Source: Camelus ferus
Taxonomy: Eukaryota
NCBI RefSeq assembly: GCF_009834535.1
Contig: NC_045697.1
Location: forward strand, 115,074,001 to 115,138,000
Direction of reading: 5' to 3'
Length of the DNA: 64,000 nucleotides
Shown here: positions 1-13,075 of the stretch, piece after piece
Layout of the letters: each line of letters begins with the position of its first letter
Numbering within the stretch: the stretch's first letter is position 1
Notes under the pieces: generated by a model
The model's input: the letters and a program-made list of their open reading frames with translations, nothing else
Told to the model about the DNA's origin: nothing
The model's database searches: none
Made by a program: the position numbers and the translations under genes

Positions 1-833
1 TGAAGAAGTGGGAGGGAGTAATTATGTTCTGATGAAGGTACCAGGCAGTAATTCACTATTACAATCACTGAAGTAATTACATTAATTTTTAGAAACTGTC
101 CCAAACTTATGAAAACAGTGAATATGTAGCCATCATCTAAAAAAAAATACATAAATAAATTTCTTTTAAAAAATCAATAATAATACACAGAGATAAGGAT
201 ACTCTATCTGAACTTTGCTAATTTCAACGGGGAAGGTTATTCACATAGTAGAAAAAACTGCCAAATAAATCATTGGGGTTTTGCTTTTAAATAGCATAAG
301 AGTTGTTTGAAAATGCAAGCAAAATTCAGTCAGATGTGCACTAATTCAGAATTAGAGAAATCAGTGACTCTACAGTCATCAAATCAAAGAGTCAAGAATT
401 AAGATCACATTTTGGCTACACAAGTAGCCCTGAGCAATTAAAGAACTGATCGTGTTTGGCTTCATTTTAGTTTATTCTGATCTGTCTTCTAGTTCTACTG
501 ACTTAAAAGCAGTAGCATTTTTCCAGCTTCATTGCTCTTTTGCAAATTAATCTACCACTGCCCGAAACTGTAAACAAATTCTTTGGAACAGACTTCTTGT
601 TGTTTAGAGTTAAATGATGACCCACATTCACGTGTACATTTGTATCTTCAGTTAATACCACTCAAGTTTATTTTTTGTTTGTTTTTGCTTAAGTAAAAGC
701 TACTTATTTCAACAACATTTCCATTAATTAATATTAATAATATAAGCTCTCTTCCTCATGGCTCATCTGTGCTCAAAGTTATTTTTAAAACAATTCCTAT
801 TGATTTGGAAGCCCTTATAAAAATCTAGCCAAG

Positions 834-1549
834 AATCAACAGATATATGGATAAAGAAGATGTGGTGTACATATATATACGTGAAATACTACTCAACCAT
901 AAAAAAGAATGAAGTCATGTGTAACTGAAAAATTGTGCTCTACACTGGAATTTGATACAACATTGTAAAATGACTATAACTCAATAAAAAATGTTTAAAA
1001 AAGTAAAAGATAAAAAAAAAGATTCATTGGGCACTAGGAAGAGAAAGTACCAGGTCTTCTGGTGTCTAATTATACAGTTTCAATAAAATGTTATTTTCCC
1101 ATGAAAAAAAAAAAAGAATGTAGTAATGCTATCTGCAGCAACATGGATGGACAAGGAGATTATAAATGAAGTAAGTCAGACAGAAAAAGATAAATGTAAT
1201 ATGATATGACTTACATGTGGAATCTAAAAAAAAAGATGTAAGTGAACTTATTTAGAAAACAGAAACAGACTCAAGACATAGAAAACAAAGTATGGTTACC
1301 AACAGGGAAAGGAATTGGGAGGAGGGATAAATTAAGAGTTTGGGATTAGCAGATACAAACTACTATATGCAGAATAGATAAACAACAAGGTCCTACTGTA
1401 TAGCACAGGGAACTATATTCAATATCTTATAATAACCTACAACAGAAAATAATCTGAAAAATAATATATGTATATATATAATTGAATCACTGTGCTGTAC
1501 ATCAGGAACTAATGCAACATTGTAAATCAACTATACTTCAATTAAAAAA
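834..1549 (+). mobile_element. 5'-truncated LINE-1 3' end (cetartiodactyl-type 3' UTR), interrupted by a younger L1 insertion at 920-1113
   Basis: ORF2 C-terminus/3'UTR motifs (tggataaagaagatgtgg; gcaacatggatggac; aaggtcctactgtatagcacagggaactatattcaatatc) and A-tail. Imperfect TSD aaaaatctagccaag (819-833) / aaaaatctaactaag (1550-1564). Confidence 0.9.
920..1113 (+). mobile_element. Young, very 5'-truncated L1 3' end (920-1020) plus 3'-transduced unique segment (1021-1103) and second poly(A)
   Basis: 920-1020 matches the reverse complement of the young L1 end at ~57905-57990 (ctgaaaaattgtgct...acactggaatttga.acaacattgtaaaatga.tataa.tcaataaaaaatgtt). AATAAA at 983-988 and 1082-1087; poly(A) 1104-1115; TSD aagaatgaagtcatg (905-919) / aagaatgtagtaatg (1114-1128). 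Confidence 0.85.
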
Positions 1550-1899
1550 AAAAATCTAACTAAGTTTCAAAAGAAGTTGTATCCAGGAGGATGAAGCAAA
1601 GCCACAACGTGTGTGTTTTATACTTTATGTTGTGTAGAAACGCTGAGTCAAATGCAATCATTTTGAAAGCCATGAGTGATTTTCTTTTCATTTCTGATTC
1701 TCTGTCTCCATATACAAGTGAACTAAACATTGATAATTCTTTCATTAACTAAATGTATGTTAGACCTTTTGAGGTTAATTACATACTAGATTAAATACTA
1801 GAGAATCTCTGTATCTTACACAAACATGGACAATTATCTGATTGGAGAATATTTCCATTTTCTGTTACACAGGAAATGCTCCCTTTTAGGGGAAACTGG

Positions 1900-2270
1900 A
1901 ACACTGAAGGGAGGTGGTGTTGGCTAACTGCCCATCCTCCCAGAAGATAAGACTCTGGTTAAGTAATTTCACTTGGAGAGCAGACCTTCCTTATGGAGAA
2001 CACCCTGGACATATTTCAGAATGGTTGCTTTACCCTCTCCCTGCTCAAAACACACAGGGATTTGTCTTGGCTCTAAACCTTGGGAAACCAGTGGGGTTCC
2101 GGGAGGGAAAAAGAAACCCTGAGTAAACAGGAATTTCTCAGTCTCACACTCATCCATACTCAGCCTCCAGCAACATGTGAAAATGCTCATCTGAATGTTG
2201 CTATCGGTTCATGTCATGCAGGACTGTGGCTTCAACCAGTTCTCCAACATAAGTCTCTGTTTAGCCTGGG
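1900..2270 (-). mobile_element. Ancient L1M 5'-end fragment (probable)
   Basis: tttcagaatggttgctttaccctctccctgc...agggatttgtcttggctct...catccatactcagcctccagcaa resembles the antisense of old L1MC/L1MD 5' UTR consensus (recalled). Boundaries approximate. Confidence 0.45.
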
Positions 2271-3679
2271 ACCATATTTTGAGGTGGTGGTTTGCTGTAT
2301 AATATCAATTATTTGACGGATCAAAGAAAAGTGGCTCATTTTCATTTTGTTTAGCTTTTCGCTTGTAACAGTGGAAGTGATGAGCTTTTTACAGGTCAGA
2401 GCTGAAACTGGAACTCTGCTCATTAAGCTTTAAATGCGTTTTCAAAAGACAGTTTCACAAAAAGAAAATAATAAGTTGATATCAATGGAGAGGCAGACAT
2501 CAACAAATATTTGTAACTTCTGTGCTTCAAAATCACCACCCAGTTTTTTTGTTGATAGCGTAAATCTTTTCTTGGGGGGCAAAAGCCTTGACATACATAC
2601 TTTTCTCTTCCCAAATATGTAAGCATATTTTGAATTAAGGTAATTATTAAGTATGTTTAGGTCTTTAGAAAATAGCACATTTTAGTTTACTTTTATAATT
2701 TCTCTTAAAATGTTTATATTTTATTTTTTATAGAATAGATACATTTTTACTGTAATTCATATTACAAATTTAGTGTTCACATTGTTGTGATTTTATTTTT
2801 TCTAAGAACAGCTATACATTTGTTCTAAAGGAGATCATATATTTCACTCACAGCCCTCCAATATCTTTTCAAAATAGAGGTATGATTTTCCTTCTAATAA
2901 ATGTCATTATTTGTATAGCTAATTGCTTCTATATAAGAATCAAAAATCTGTTTACTAAAACATCTTGAAATGATACTCTGTGATTTTATAAACAGCACTG
3001 GAAAGATAAGAGAAAAATGAAAACATAGTAACTATACAAATACATATGTAATGTTATTTCTGTGATTCTTAATTTTATAGTGACTCAATCCAGCCCCCAT
3101 ATGGTGTCTTGAGTTGCCAAGAATAAGATTATAAAATGTGACATGAGAAAATGTGGTAAGAAATGGATATTTCACAGTTCCTTTCTCCTGCAGATGTTTT
3201 CCCTCCTCCCAGAAACAATCACATGGCTTCCATGGGAAGGAGAGAAAAGTGCAGGGTATTTGAGGGATGCTAAATTAAGTACAAAAGTATTCAGCATTCA
3301 GAAGGAAGTGATTTGTGTTCTAGACAGTATCTTTTAGGATTCTACCTCTAAATGTAAATTATCATTGCAATCTGTCAACAAAACGTAGACCTAATGGATC
3401 TAAAAAAGACTCATAAATAACATTAGGCAATGTTTCCATATTTTAAAACATCTTTGATTTTGAACTAATTATTTTAATCTGTTGTTCCCCACGCCGCCCC
3501 AGTCACAGGTATGGTATCATTTACATGATAGAAATGAATTCCAGTAAACTGGTAAAATTCACTGATTGGTAAAATCAAAGTGTAGATATGCCTGCCTTTC
3601 TAAATTGTACCCCTTAAAGTTTTTGGTATGCTTTTGTCTGTTTACAATTTAATTTATTATTTTAACAGAAAACGATAAA

Positions 3680-4120
3680 ATGCTAATAGCCCAAATAAGA
3701 AACACGATGTCCATCAGCATGCTAATGATAAACAGTTTGTACAGTCCCATAATGGAATAGTAGTCAGCAATTAAAAGAAATAAAGTTACACACATAACAC
3801 CGTGGCTAAGTCTTAAAAACCTTACGCTGAGTGAAAAAAGCCACGCACCAAAGAGTACTTATGAATACATTTGTACAAAGATCTTAAAAAGGCAAAATTA
3901 ATCAACTTACAGTATGAAAAACTAGGTCAATAGATGCCTGGGTCCTAGGACTGAGATAATGGTTAGGCACAAGCAGGCATGAAGGAAATTTCTGGAGTGG
4001 AGGAACTTCCTACAGCTTGATCTCGGTGGCTGCGCTGTCAGTGCGTACCTTTCTAAACGCTTCTTGAGGATATCACTGAAAATGGGTGCAGTTTACTGTA
4101 TGTAAAACAGATTTCAAAAG
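3680..4120 (+). mobile_element. Old L1ME-type 3' end
   Basis: atgtccatcagca...aatggaatagtagtcagcaattaaaagaaa...acgctgagtgaaaaaagcca...gaaatttctggagtgga...tttactgtatgtaaa: typical L1ME ORF2-end/3'UTR succession. Confidence 0.75.
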
Positions 4121-4359
4121 GACAAACAAAACAGAATGATAGGAATTACTTAAGTTGTCAAGATTCTATTTAGTACATTGGGCTGTAAGATTTTTAATCA
4201 TTGCAAAAATAAATATACGTCTTCTTAAAGTTTTAGAAAAATAAAGTGATGAAATGTAATTATTATGACTAATTATTTCTGTGTTCTCAGTGATGCTAAG
4301 AGCTATTATAGAGATATAAGAAAAATGGGAGCAAGTTAGAAAGAAAACAGGAAAAAGAC

Positions 4360-4850
4360 TTTACAGTATAATTTATAAGAGAAAAATGCAAATAGCTAAT
4401 GAACATACAATAAATGTTCAGCCTCACTAACTACATCTCCAAATGCCACTTATGCCTTTTCAAACTACAAGTTATGCCCCTTAAATTGCTGAAGTTTTAT
4501 TCTTTCTTTTATTTTTATCATTTAAAAATATTAAAACCTATGATATCCAGGGCATAGAGAAATAGATAATCACATATGAAAACGTTATGTAAAGTTGCTA
4601 AAACGTGAGTATATCGCTTGGCAGTACGTATTAAAAGTAAGTATCCTCATTGTCATTCTAGGAATTTATACAAAGCATTAAAATGTGCTTAAGTTATTAG
4701 CTATAAGATACTGAAAAAGAAGTCAACACTAGTAAAAAGCAAACTGAACATCAGAAGCACAACAATTTCAAAACAATTTAAAGCATATTTTATACTAGAT
4801 TTGCACAATCATTCATAGTAATATATTAGAGGAGCATTGTTATTAGTCTG
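4360..4850 (+). mobile_element. Highly decayed L1 ORF2 3' fragment
   Basis: aaatgcaaatagctaatgaacatacaataaatgttcagcctcactaa and cattctaggaatttatac are L1 ORF2 C-terminal motifs. Confidence 0.5.
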
Positions 4851-7849
4851 CTGTATGGTCATATTTTATAATATTTGTGTGTATGCATAAAACTATATAA
4901 TATGTATTTACAGAGGAAGATACATAAATCATGTGAAACCCTGACGGACACAAATTACATGCTTCAGGATATATATGGAAATCTTGTGGCATTAAGGGAG
5001 AAATATTTTTCTTTTGATATTTAAAGTAATGAAAGTAAAGTTGGCAGAAATTTTTGAAGTAGCATATACTGAATAATAAAAAAAATAGTTTTACTTTATT
5101 TCTTGCTCTTATAATTTTGGACTGCAGTCCCTAATTCATTTATATTTTTGAAAGGACACAAACTGTCTTCAGTAAAACTGAGTCTTTTCTACTGTACTTC
5201 AATCTGATAGAGTTCTGTATTGAGTTTTCAAACATGATGTATCCTCTTCAATGAACATTATATGTATTGTGTGTGTGTGTGTGGTGTGCATGCAGGTATA
5301 TTCTTTACGTAAATTCTATCTTCCTACCTATCTCCCTATATTCATCTGTCTGTCTGGGGACCCTGGGTTCTTCAATGTCGTCATGTTTTCTGCCATCTCT
5401 CTTGGGCAATTCTGTCCTTCCTCTTTATTTTCTCACCAGGTCCTCCGATGCCTATCACATCATATAAATGTCGGAATTCAGAGTCATGCAAGAAAGTGAC
5501 CTCTTGGAATTGAGTCTTAGTGGATGAAAAACTGCAAAATCAACGGTCCTTCCTGTGCACCACTTGAAATAATGTAGATTCATAAAATGATAACAAAACT
5601 AACCATAGGAAATATTATGGGTGTATCTTTTGCATAACCGTGTGTCACCTCTTTTGGTGATCAAAATGAAAGAGTCCCTTCTGGCTCATTGTTACAAACC
5701 ACATTTCAGACACCCGAAACTGTGTGTCTGTGTCTAGAGTGCACATTATCTCCTGTGATTTTAACAAGTGTGTAAATGAAGATAAACGGCGGTACGAAGA
5801 CATGTAATGTCTCTTGTAAAAGACATACGGAGAATATTTATTTTGCAATTATACGATGCTTGTTCTTGCTCGAGAACTGAAATGTGGTTATTGTTGTAAA
5901 TGAGGCAGAAAGTAATTAATTGTGGTGCATTTAATTTGTATGGAGAGCTTAACTCTCTGGAAGTGTTACAGTTAATAGGAATTTTTAAGCCTTTTTCCCT
6001 CTCACCATGGTTACTACATTTTGTGTGTCAGTCTCCAGAATCAGTGCCCGTTGCAGACAACTTTTATTGGAGTAAACACGGCTATGAATTAAACCTCTTG
6101 ATAATTAGAAAGACAGCATCACGACCTAGTATTTTTTATGTGAAATGGTGTATTATGATAACACGATCATCTATAGACAAAGAGAAGAAGGAATCTTTCT
6201 TCTTCAGTCTGACAGAAGAAGAAAGAAGACTATCTTCCAACTACAGGTAGACACACAAGTTTTTCCTTCAAAAAAAGTGTCTCTGTCTTGCAACAATGAA
6301 TACTGAACATGATCTGGACTAACACATTCCAGAGCAGTAGAAAGAACACCACCACCTGGGACGGTCATTTAAGAAATAATTATTATCTCATGGCATAAAA
6401 CCAGAAACCACATAAAATCTTAAGTAAGTTTTCTTGTAAAAAATGGATTTCCAGAAGGTTTTCATTGGTTATAGAAAAAGAAAAATCCAATGGTATCGAT
6501 CTCTTTATAAATTGCATTTTTGTGATGTATTATACTATCTATAATTTTGAATGTAGTTTATTCCTTTCTATGAACTACACTTGACATTTCATAAAAATCA
6601 CAATCTTCCATTTTAAACCTACCTATCACGTTGGTTGTCATCAATAACGGTTTTATTTCAAGGGAGTCCTAAATTCAAATTCTACCTTAGTTCAATTTTT
6701 CAGTCTCAACTTCTTCTCCTCAAATATTGACCTCAAGTGGAAAATTCAACTCCTTTGACTCCTTAGGATTATTTCGATTTCTAGAACAGCGGTTTCAAAG
6801 AGGGTTATCTCAGCCCCGCGAGCCTCAGTTCACCTTTGCTGGCAGGTACCTCCCAGGTGTGTCCAGAACTGGGCTCGACTTGGATCTTGTGAAACCTCAC
6901 CTCCTTCTGGGAGACAGACTGGGTACTCTCCCTTGAACTGCAAACACTGCGTGCTGTGTTGGATTCTTGGAATTCAGTTCTGTCTGTCTCTCTGTAAATG
7001 TAACTATGAACACCTCACAATCACAGGACTTGTGCAAAATGTGTCCTCCATGACTGTCTGTTGAGCTCCCTTATCCGGATCTTTCCTGATACAGTGGTTT
7101 GGGAACTTCGGACCTAGCAGAGGAGTCCAGAACTCACCCCTGTTTCCCCAGAGTTTGTCCATTTCACTGCAATGGAAACCTTTTTAAATGAAGGTTCTGA
7201 AGCATGACATTTAAAAATACTGATGTGAACAGACTTTCGGAAAATTTGGCATGATGTGGTGGTAACAAGTGATCACTATCAGGTTAGGCTTGAGTTAGCT
7301 GTTAGGGACCCTTCTGCCACTATTATAATTATCTTGGTCTTGGTTCCTGCATAGAGTATTTGCCTTTTGTTTTGTTTATTGATTACATATTGTTCCTTGG
7401 TGGGAGGGACAGGGCCAACATGCTTAAAAATAAACCTACTTTCATAATTCTTAACCTTGGATCCATACTTCCAGTTTTTATTCCCATAGAGGCAGTTCTT
7501 TTAAACTTAAATATAATTGATTGAAAAAAGAAGTAAATGATATTGAAAAATAAGAAGATTTAGGGAGTTACATATTAGCCCCACGTGTTTCCAGCACAAT
7601 CACATTAGCAGTTGTTTTCTGATTTCTGCTTTGACACCCTACTGTCTCCCAAACTCCAACACACCCAAGTCTCAACTTACTGTATTTTCATTGAATAATC
7701 TGCACATTTTCTAAAGCTTTCCAGTTCTGGTAATACCATATTTGGAAAAAAAAATTGGAAACATTCATCTTTGTTTCTTCTACAATATAAAATAAAAAAT
7801 AAGAAAGAAAGAAGCAGATTTAGGGCAATGTGCCATTTAATTCTCACAT

Positions 7850-8020
7850 CAGTCATTCATTTAAGAATACATTTTTGAGTGTCTAGGCAGGAGTTGGTAT
7901 TATTTTAGATCTGGGAATACAGGAGTGAATAAAGTGTGTAAGTCCCTCACCGAGTGGTAGAGAGAGCTAGTCAATAACAAGAAATGTACATACAGTCTGT
8001 CAGCTTGCGGGAAGTGCCCC
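7850..8020 (-). mobile_element. L2 3' end fragment
   Basis: cattcatttaagaatacatttttgagtgtcta...ctgggaatacaggagtgaataaa is the antisense L2 terminus pattern. Confidence 0.65.
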
Positions 8021-9736
8021 AGGCTGACTTCTAGGGGGACAAATGAGAAACATTTATTTCAGTCAAGAACCATTCATCCTCAATGTATGGCTAATCTTCT
8101 CCGTTAGCCTGCATAAAAATACAAGAAAGTGAAACAGTCTAAAGCTAGTACTTCCTGAGCCATGTAACCGAAACATTAACATTGAGACGAAATAGTCTGG
8201 ATTGAGGCCACAACTGTTCTCAGTCAGTCCCTTTCTGCCTCCATCACAATATGACATGGCTAAAACGCATGTGTGCACATTCTAAAGAACTCTTTACCCT
8301 CATGCTGCATAAATGCAAGAAAGTTACAAGCGAACAACTGAACAACAACAAAACAATCCTAAACCAGGGAAATCCGTATCCAACTTGCCGAGAATACTGC
8401 AGTCATGTGAAGGCATGATAAGTGAAGATATTTTCTAAAAATTACCTGCCCATAACAACCTTGTACATTGGTAGGCATGATGGCTGTATTAGAGATAGTT
8501 AGTTTCTTTTGCCATGTTTTATCCTGAAACGTCTGTATTTTAGAGAATATCTTTAATGTATTTTTGCATAGGTACACATAGTGCACATGCTCTTTTCTGA
8601 GAATAACTGGTGTTTCTCAAAGTGGAACAAGTCCTTCATCTCACTGAAGGGAAACAGAATATGGAACCAGAATCTGTCAGATTATATTTCACTTTTTAGG
8701 TTCCTTGTCAATTGAAAAATTAAAAACAAAACATAAAATCTCCAGTGTCCAGTTTCACCCAAGTTACGCTTATTACATACAAAAGATTCCTATTACGAAG
8801 ATAAGTATCTTGTGGGTCCTCAGGCAATGTTATTTACATTTCCTTACCCGTCTATTTCAGCTAGGAATTAGTTGGCAAACTGGTCTCCAACCTGTCACCT
8901 GATCTATACTTCTTACATATAAATAGTAACTTGCAAAGAGTTTACTATTCAAAAAAGGAAACATATTTGCCTCCTTGAAAATAGCATTTTTATCAATGTC
9001 AAGTTCAGAAGTCAAACTGCTCTGAAAGACAATTATCCTTTTCTGTAATTGTTTTGCATCATTTTAGTTTTAGCCCCTGTCCTACTTGGTTACTTAGTCC
9101 AGGATAAATTAGGTACATAGTAGGTACTCAATTAAATCGTGTTAATACATTGCCTGATGACTTCAGACATTATTCTAAAATAAACTGTTGTATTATGTAT
9201 AACTCTACTCAGGTATTTGCACTCCCTTGAACTCTTGAATGAAGGCTTCTGTCAAAATACATCATATTTACACAAAATGCAGAGATCTGACTTTAAAATA
9301 GTATGTGACAAAGAGGGGTCCCTAGATGAATTTAAAAGGAGAGATGATAAGGTATGAATGACAGGAAAGGATAAGTATTTTCACAGCATAATTTTAAGAA
9401 AACAGGGAACTCAAAGAAACGATTAGAATTTTGGAAATTGAGTGACAGGAATTTTCCAAATGACAGTGAATAGGCAAGTCAAAAAATAAACAAGAATATT
9501 CTCTTTGGGAAAGCGGTAGGAGGATTGTATTTTATAAGACTTTGTATGATAAAAACAGAAACGGAGAGACAAGGTGGTGTCAAAAAACACCGAAAAAATA
9601 ATATTGCTGTATTTAAGAACAAATTCTGAGTTTTTTTTCACATGACTGATGTAATTAAAGAAGGTAGGGTGAAGAAAAGTGACCTTTGAGATAACTAACT
9701 TTAATTGAACTAGTTGATAAACTTCCATATATATAT

Positions 9737-10014
9737 TCTTTTTTACTTGAAATTCACATATGTTAAACATTATAAAATCTGCAATTCAGTAGCGTCCAGT
9801 TCATTCACAATAGTATGAAACCACTGCCTCTCTCTACGTTTCAAACTTTCCCATCACACCAAAAAACATCCTGCATAATAAGTAATTACTTCTGTTCCTA
9901 CCTGTCTTATCCCATGGTCACAACAAATCTGCTTTCTGTCCCTACGGGTTTGCTTATTCTGGGTGTATCATGTAAAATCAATTATACAACATGTGATCTT
10001 TGATGCCTGGCTTC
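9737..10014 (-). mobile_element. L1MB-type 3' UTR fragment
   Basis: gaaattcacata...aattcagtagc...ttcacaatagtatgaaaccac...aatctgctttctgtccctacgggtttgcttattctggg...atacaacatgtgatcttt...ctggcttc is the antisense L1MB 3' end. Confidence 0.8.
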
Positions 10015-10944
10015 AGAAGAGAAGTGGCAATTTAAACTAAAGCATTCACACCAAAGTAATTTGAGAAAACATGAAGAAAAATGTTAGAGGAAGGTCTCTG
10101 ACAAAAATAAACAGAGTAGAATTTTTGCTCTAGTCAATGTCATTGTCTGATTACTTTAACTACTTTAAAATTTTTTTTGGAATAACCAGTGTGATTTATC
10201 AACTCTGAGTCAATTTGTCATGGACGTAATGTAAATAACCCAGCAGGAATCATAAAGGGGCAAAGAACACGGTGAGGGGCAAGAGGCAGTTTGTCACCCA
10301 GGCTGGTTTACACAGCATTTGGGGATAAAATATTAAATAATACATATCAAACTATGTTGCAAATAATAGTAATTTATTAATTAGAATGATTTGTAGTTAT
10401 TTGATGCCTATTCACAGTCAACATCAATTTTCCTCTCATCAAATCACTGAAACAGTATCTGTTGCAAACAAATCTCCTTAAGACACAAATACTTCTCTGT
10501 GAATCATCCAGGGCAAAAACAAGAAAGATGATCTTATTTCTTCTTAAACAGAGACCCATTCTGAGAATTTACTTGTGAGGTCAGAGCAAACAGTATCAGA
10601 GCTCTGATCCCGAATCCCTGAAATTGCCGTGGTGTCTCTGTGGCCAACAGCGAGGAAACACGCCCCTTTTCTGAGCTTTTTAGAGTTTCACTACACAGCA
10701 GGCTTGGAAATGATTTTCCAAGTGATCATTTTGTTCCAGGTATTAAGGAAGACCAACTGGGTTTACCTGCCGTGCTCAGAGTTACAGGATCGCTAGTACC
10801 ACTTAAAAATGGGTATAAAATTAAAAAACTGGTTTCATACACTGATTAATTATAATAACTTTTCCATTAAATCCAAACCTCATTAAAACATAAGCATATT
10901 AAAATGTCCTTTGTATGTCAGAGTTGAAAAATAAATGAATAAGT

Positions 10945-11080
10945 GGGGGTGGGTATAGCTCAGGGGTAGAGCATGTGCTTAGCGTGCATGAGGTCCTGGG
11001 TTCAATCCCCCGTACCTCCATTAAAAACTAAAATAAATAAATAAACCTAATTACCTCAAACAAAAGAAAAATAAAAGAAA
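10945..11080 (+). mobile_element. Vic-1-type (camelid) tRNA-derived SINE
   Basis: ggggtgggtatagctcaggggtagagc (A box) ...gaggtcctgggttcaatcccc (B box), then aataaataaataaacctaattacctc and an A-rich tail. aaatgaataa is repeated on both flanks. Confidence 0.9.
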
Positions 11081-11279
11081 AATGAATAAATGAAGGAAGG
11101 AAGGAGCGTATGAAGTACGCTCCGTAAGTGGAGGCCTCTGTAAGACATGGTTTACAGGTTAATTAAAGAATAAAAACTATTATTATTTCTATGGATGCGA
11201 TTCCTTATTCATGAAGAAAACTTCTCCTAGAAATTTTTTTTTCTATTTTCCCCTCCAGATAATTTGACTAGCTCGAATG

Positions 11280-11570
11280 TCAGTCTTATTTTTCAACATA
11301 TATTTAAAATGCCATTTGATTTTTAATGACCTTCATTCATCCTCCTCCGTAAGACTGACACGTTCTTCCTCTGGGTGTCTTTCTACCTGAGTTTTCTCCA
11401 TTCATAGACTTGTCAGTACTCTATCCCATTTACGACTGAAATTGGTCCTTAAAGATACACCTCCTGTCCTGCAAACCACACAAGGACAGGCGTGTTGTTT
11501 ACCACTTTTGTCTCAGTAATTGTAATAGTGAATAGTACCCATTTGCCACTCACTATATGTCTGTGGTAAT
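11280..11570 (+). mobile_element. L2 3' fragment
   Basis: Degenerate L2 end: aaggacaggcgtgttgtttaccacttttgtctcagtaattgtaatagtg...cactcactatatgtctgt. Confidence 0.5.
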
Positions 11571-11877
11571 AATCACAATATGCGAACAGATGAAGGGGAA
11601 TATTGGGGGAAAAGTGATGTAACGTTCTACATACTTAATGAGAGTCTGTAGTGTTTTTAAAAATCAATTACTAGTACTTACAATTATTTTCATCTTTGAA
11701 TCTATGCTATTATTTTTTGGTCCCCCATTGACTCACATCTTTGGGATTCAGCCTGAACTCTGGAAAATTTTACTGGAGATTTTCTTTCTTCCACCTGCTT
11801 TCTGAGAAGATTGTTTGACGTGATTTCCTGTCCTGTATCCAATGGCCAAAACGTTCTCAGAAATGAAGGCTTTGGGG

Positions 11878-12278
11878 TGTGTTGTGGGATCCTCCTCCAC
11901 TGGCTGTGCACCCATCTCCCGGATGCTGTGAATGTTGGCTGCTAGGGCTGACAGATACCCCTTCTCTAGAAGAGCACTCTCAGTCTAACTGGGATAAGCT
12001 ATCCTGGGAAGTGAAGCCCCCTGCACCATGTCCGGGCACTCAATGCCCAGCAAATGACTGAAATGGTAAAAGTTCTTCCTTGGTCTCAAAATGTGAAAAG
12101 CCTGTGTTGGGATCTCCTTGTGGGACCAGAAGGATGCTATTCTCCAGACAAGACCTTCTTAGTTATCTCTCTTCCTCCATCCTGCTTCTGTTACTTCCCT
12201 GTCTCAAAGCACCACCTGCAACAGATCCCATTCACAATAATCCGCAAACTGGACTGCTGAGGAGTCTGACCTGATACG
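11878..12278 (+). mobile_element. ERVL-class LTR16(C)-like LTR
   Basis: ggatgctgtgaatgttggctgctagggctgacagataccccttctctagaaga...caaatgactga...tcctgcttctgttacttccct...ctgctgaggagtctgacctgatac resembles the LTR16C consensus (recalled). Confidence 0.7.
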
Positions 12279-12299
12279 ACTAATCTCTGACAAAGGCTT

Positions 12300-13075
12300 A
12301 CGAATCAAACTCTAAAGATGGCATTGATCTGGGAATAGGTCATTCTTCAGCTGGACTGCAAAGAGGCTCCCATCACTAGCTGAGTAAAGAAGAGGGCTAT
12401 CAGTCCTATTTTTTGTGATGCACTTTTCACCTGGGGAGACCCGTCGTGGACTGCAGGTATAGAGATACGCTAGCTTGAACGTTATCCCTTGTCTTGAGGG
12501 GGATGTAGGTAATAGCACACATAAAGCAATGTGAAAACGGGTGGCTTTTAATAGATGACACTGATACACTTCAGAGATAAAAAGGACAGGCTTAGATCAA
12601 TTAAGCATTAAATTAAAGCCAAGTCTATGTGCCACGGGGTTCCAGGGCATCACCAAAGGGACACTCAGCTGTTGCAGATGGAAGGCCAACCAAGCTGAAA
12701 GCCACACATTTGACCTAATTTGTTAGAGTGGCAGAGTGTCACAAGTTCTGAATTCCCAGACTCGGGGTTGCTCTGTTATCCGTCAGGACCATTAGAGGGA
12801 AATACTGGAATACTGAGATTTGGGAATGGAGGTATACACAGAGAGAGATTTTTAAAGAAAATTAAATTTCCAGGATTTTCCTGGACCCTCCAAGCCTGCA
12901 GGACTGATCTGTGGCACAGCCCCGTATCACAATATCTAACTGCTTAACAAGGGTCCAGGGAGATGGCGACTTGGATGCTTAACAAAAGAAAGTGCCCAGT
13001 TTACACAGAACCAGAACTACTGTAATGGAGGGGGGGAAAAGCTCAAAGAAGTGGACGTACTAGCATGCAATTAAT
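12300..13075 (+). mobile_element. ERVL (ERV3-16A3-like) internal gag relic adjoining the LTR16
   Basis: Frameshifted translation pieces near 12540-12840 (WLL..DTL...DRLRSI.H.IKAK; GTLSCCRWKANQAE...DLI/VRVAEC...NSQ; VRTI.GKYWN.EIW) resemble ERVL-type gag N-terminus. It lies directly 3' of the LTR. Confidence 0.65.

Noticed and set aside
5900..6250. 116-aa ATG-initiated ORF
   Set aside because: No recognisable domain or splice structure; composition fits a chance ORF in AT-rich DNA.
10945..11020. Apparent tRNA gene (A and B boxes, tRNA-Ala-like)
   Set aside because: It is followed by the characteristic SINE tail and has two more diverged copies at 39551 and 43268, so it is a Vic-1-type SINE and not a tRNA gene.
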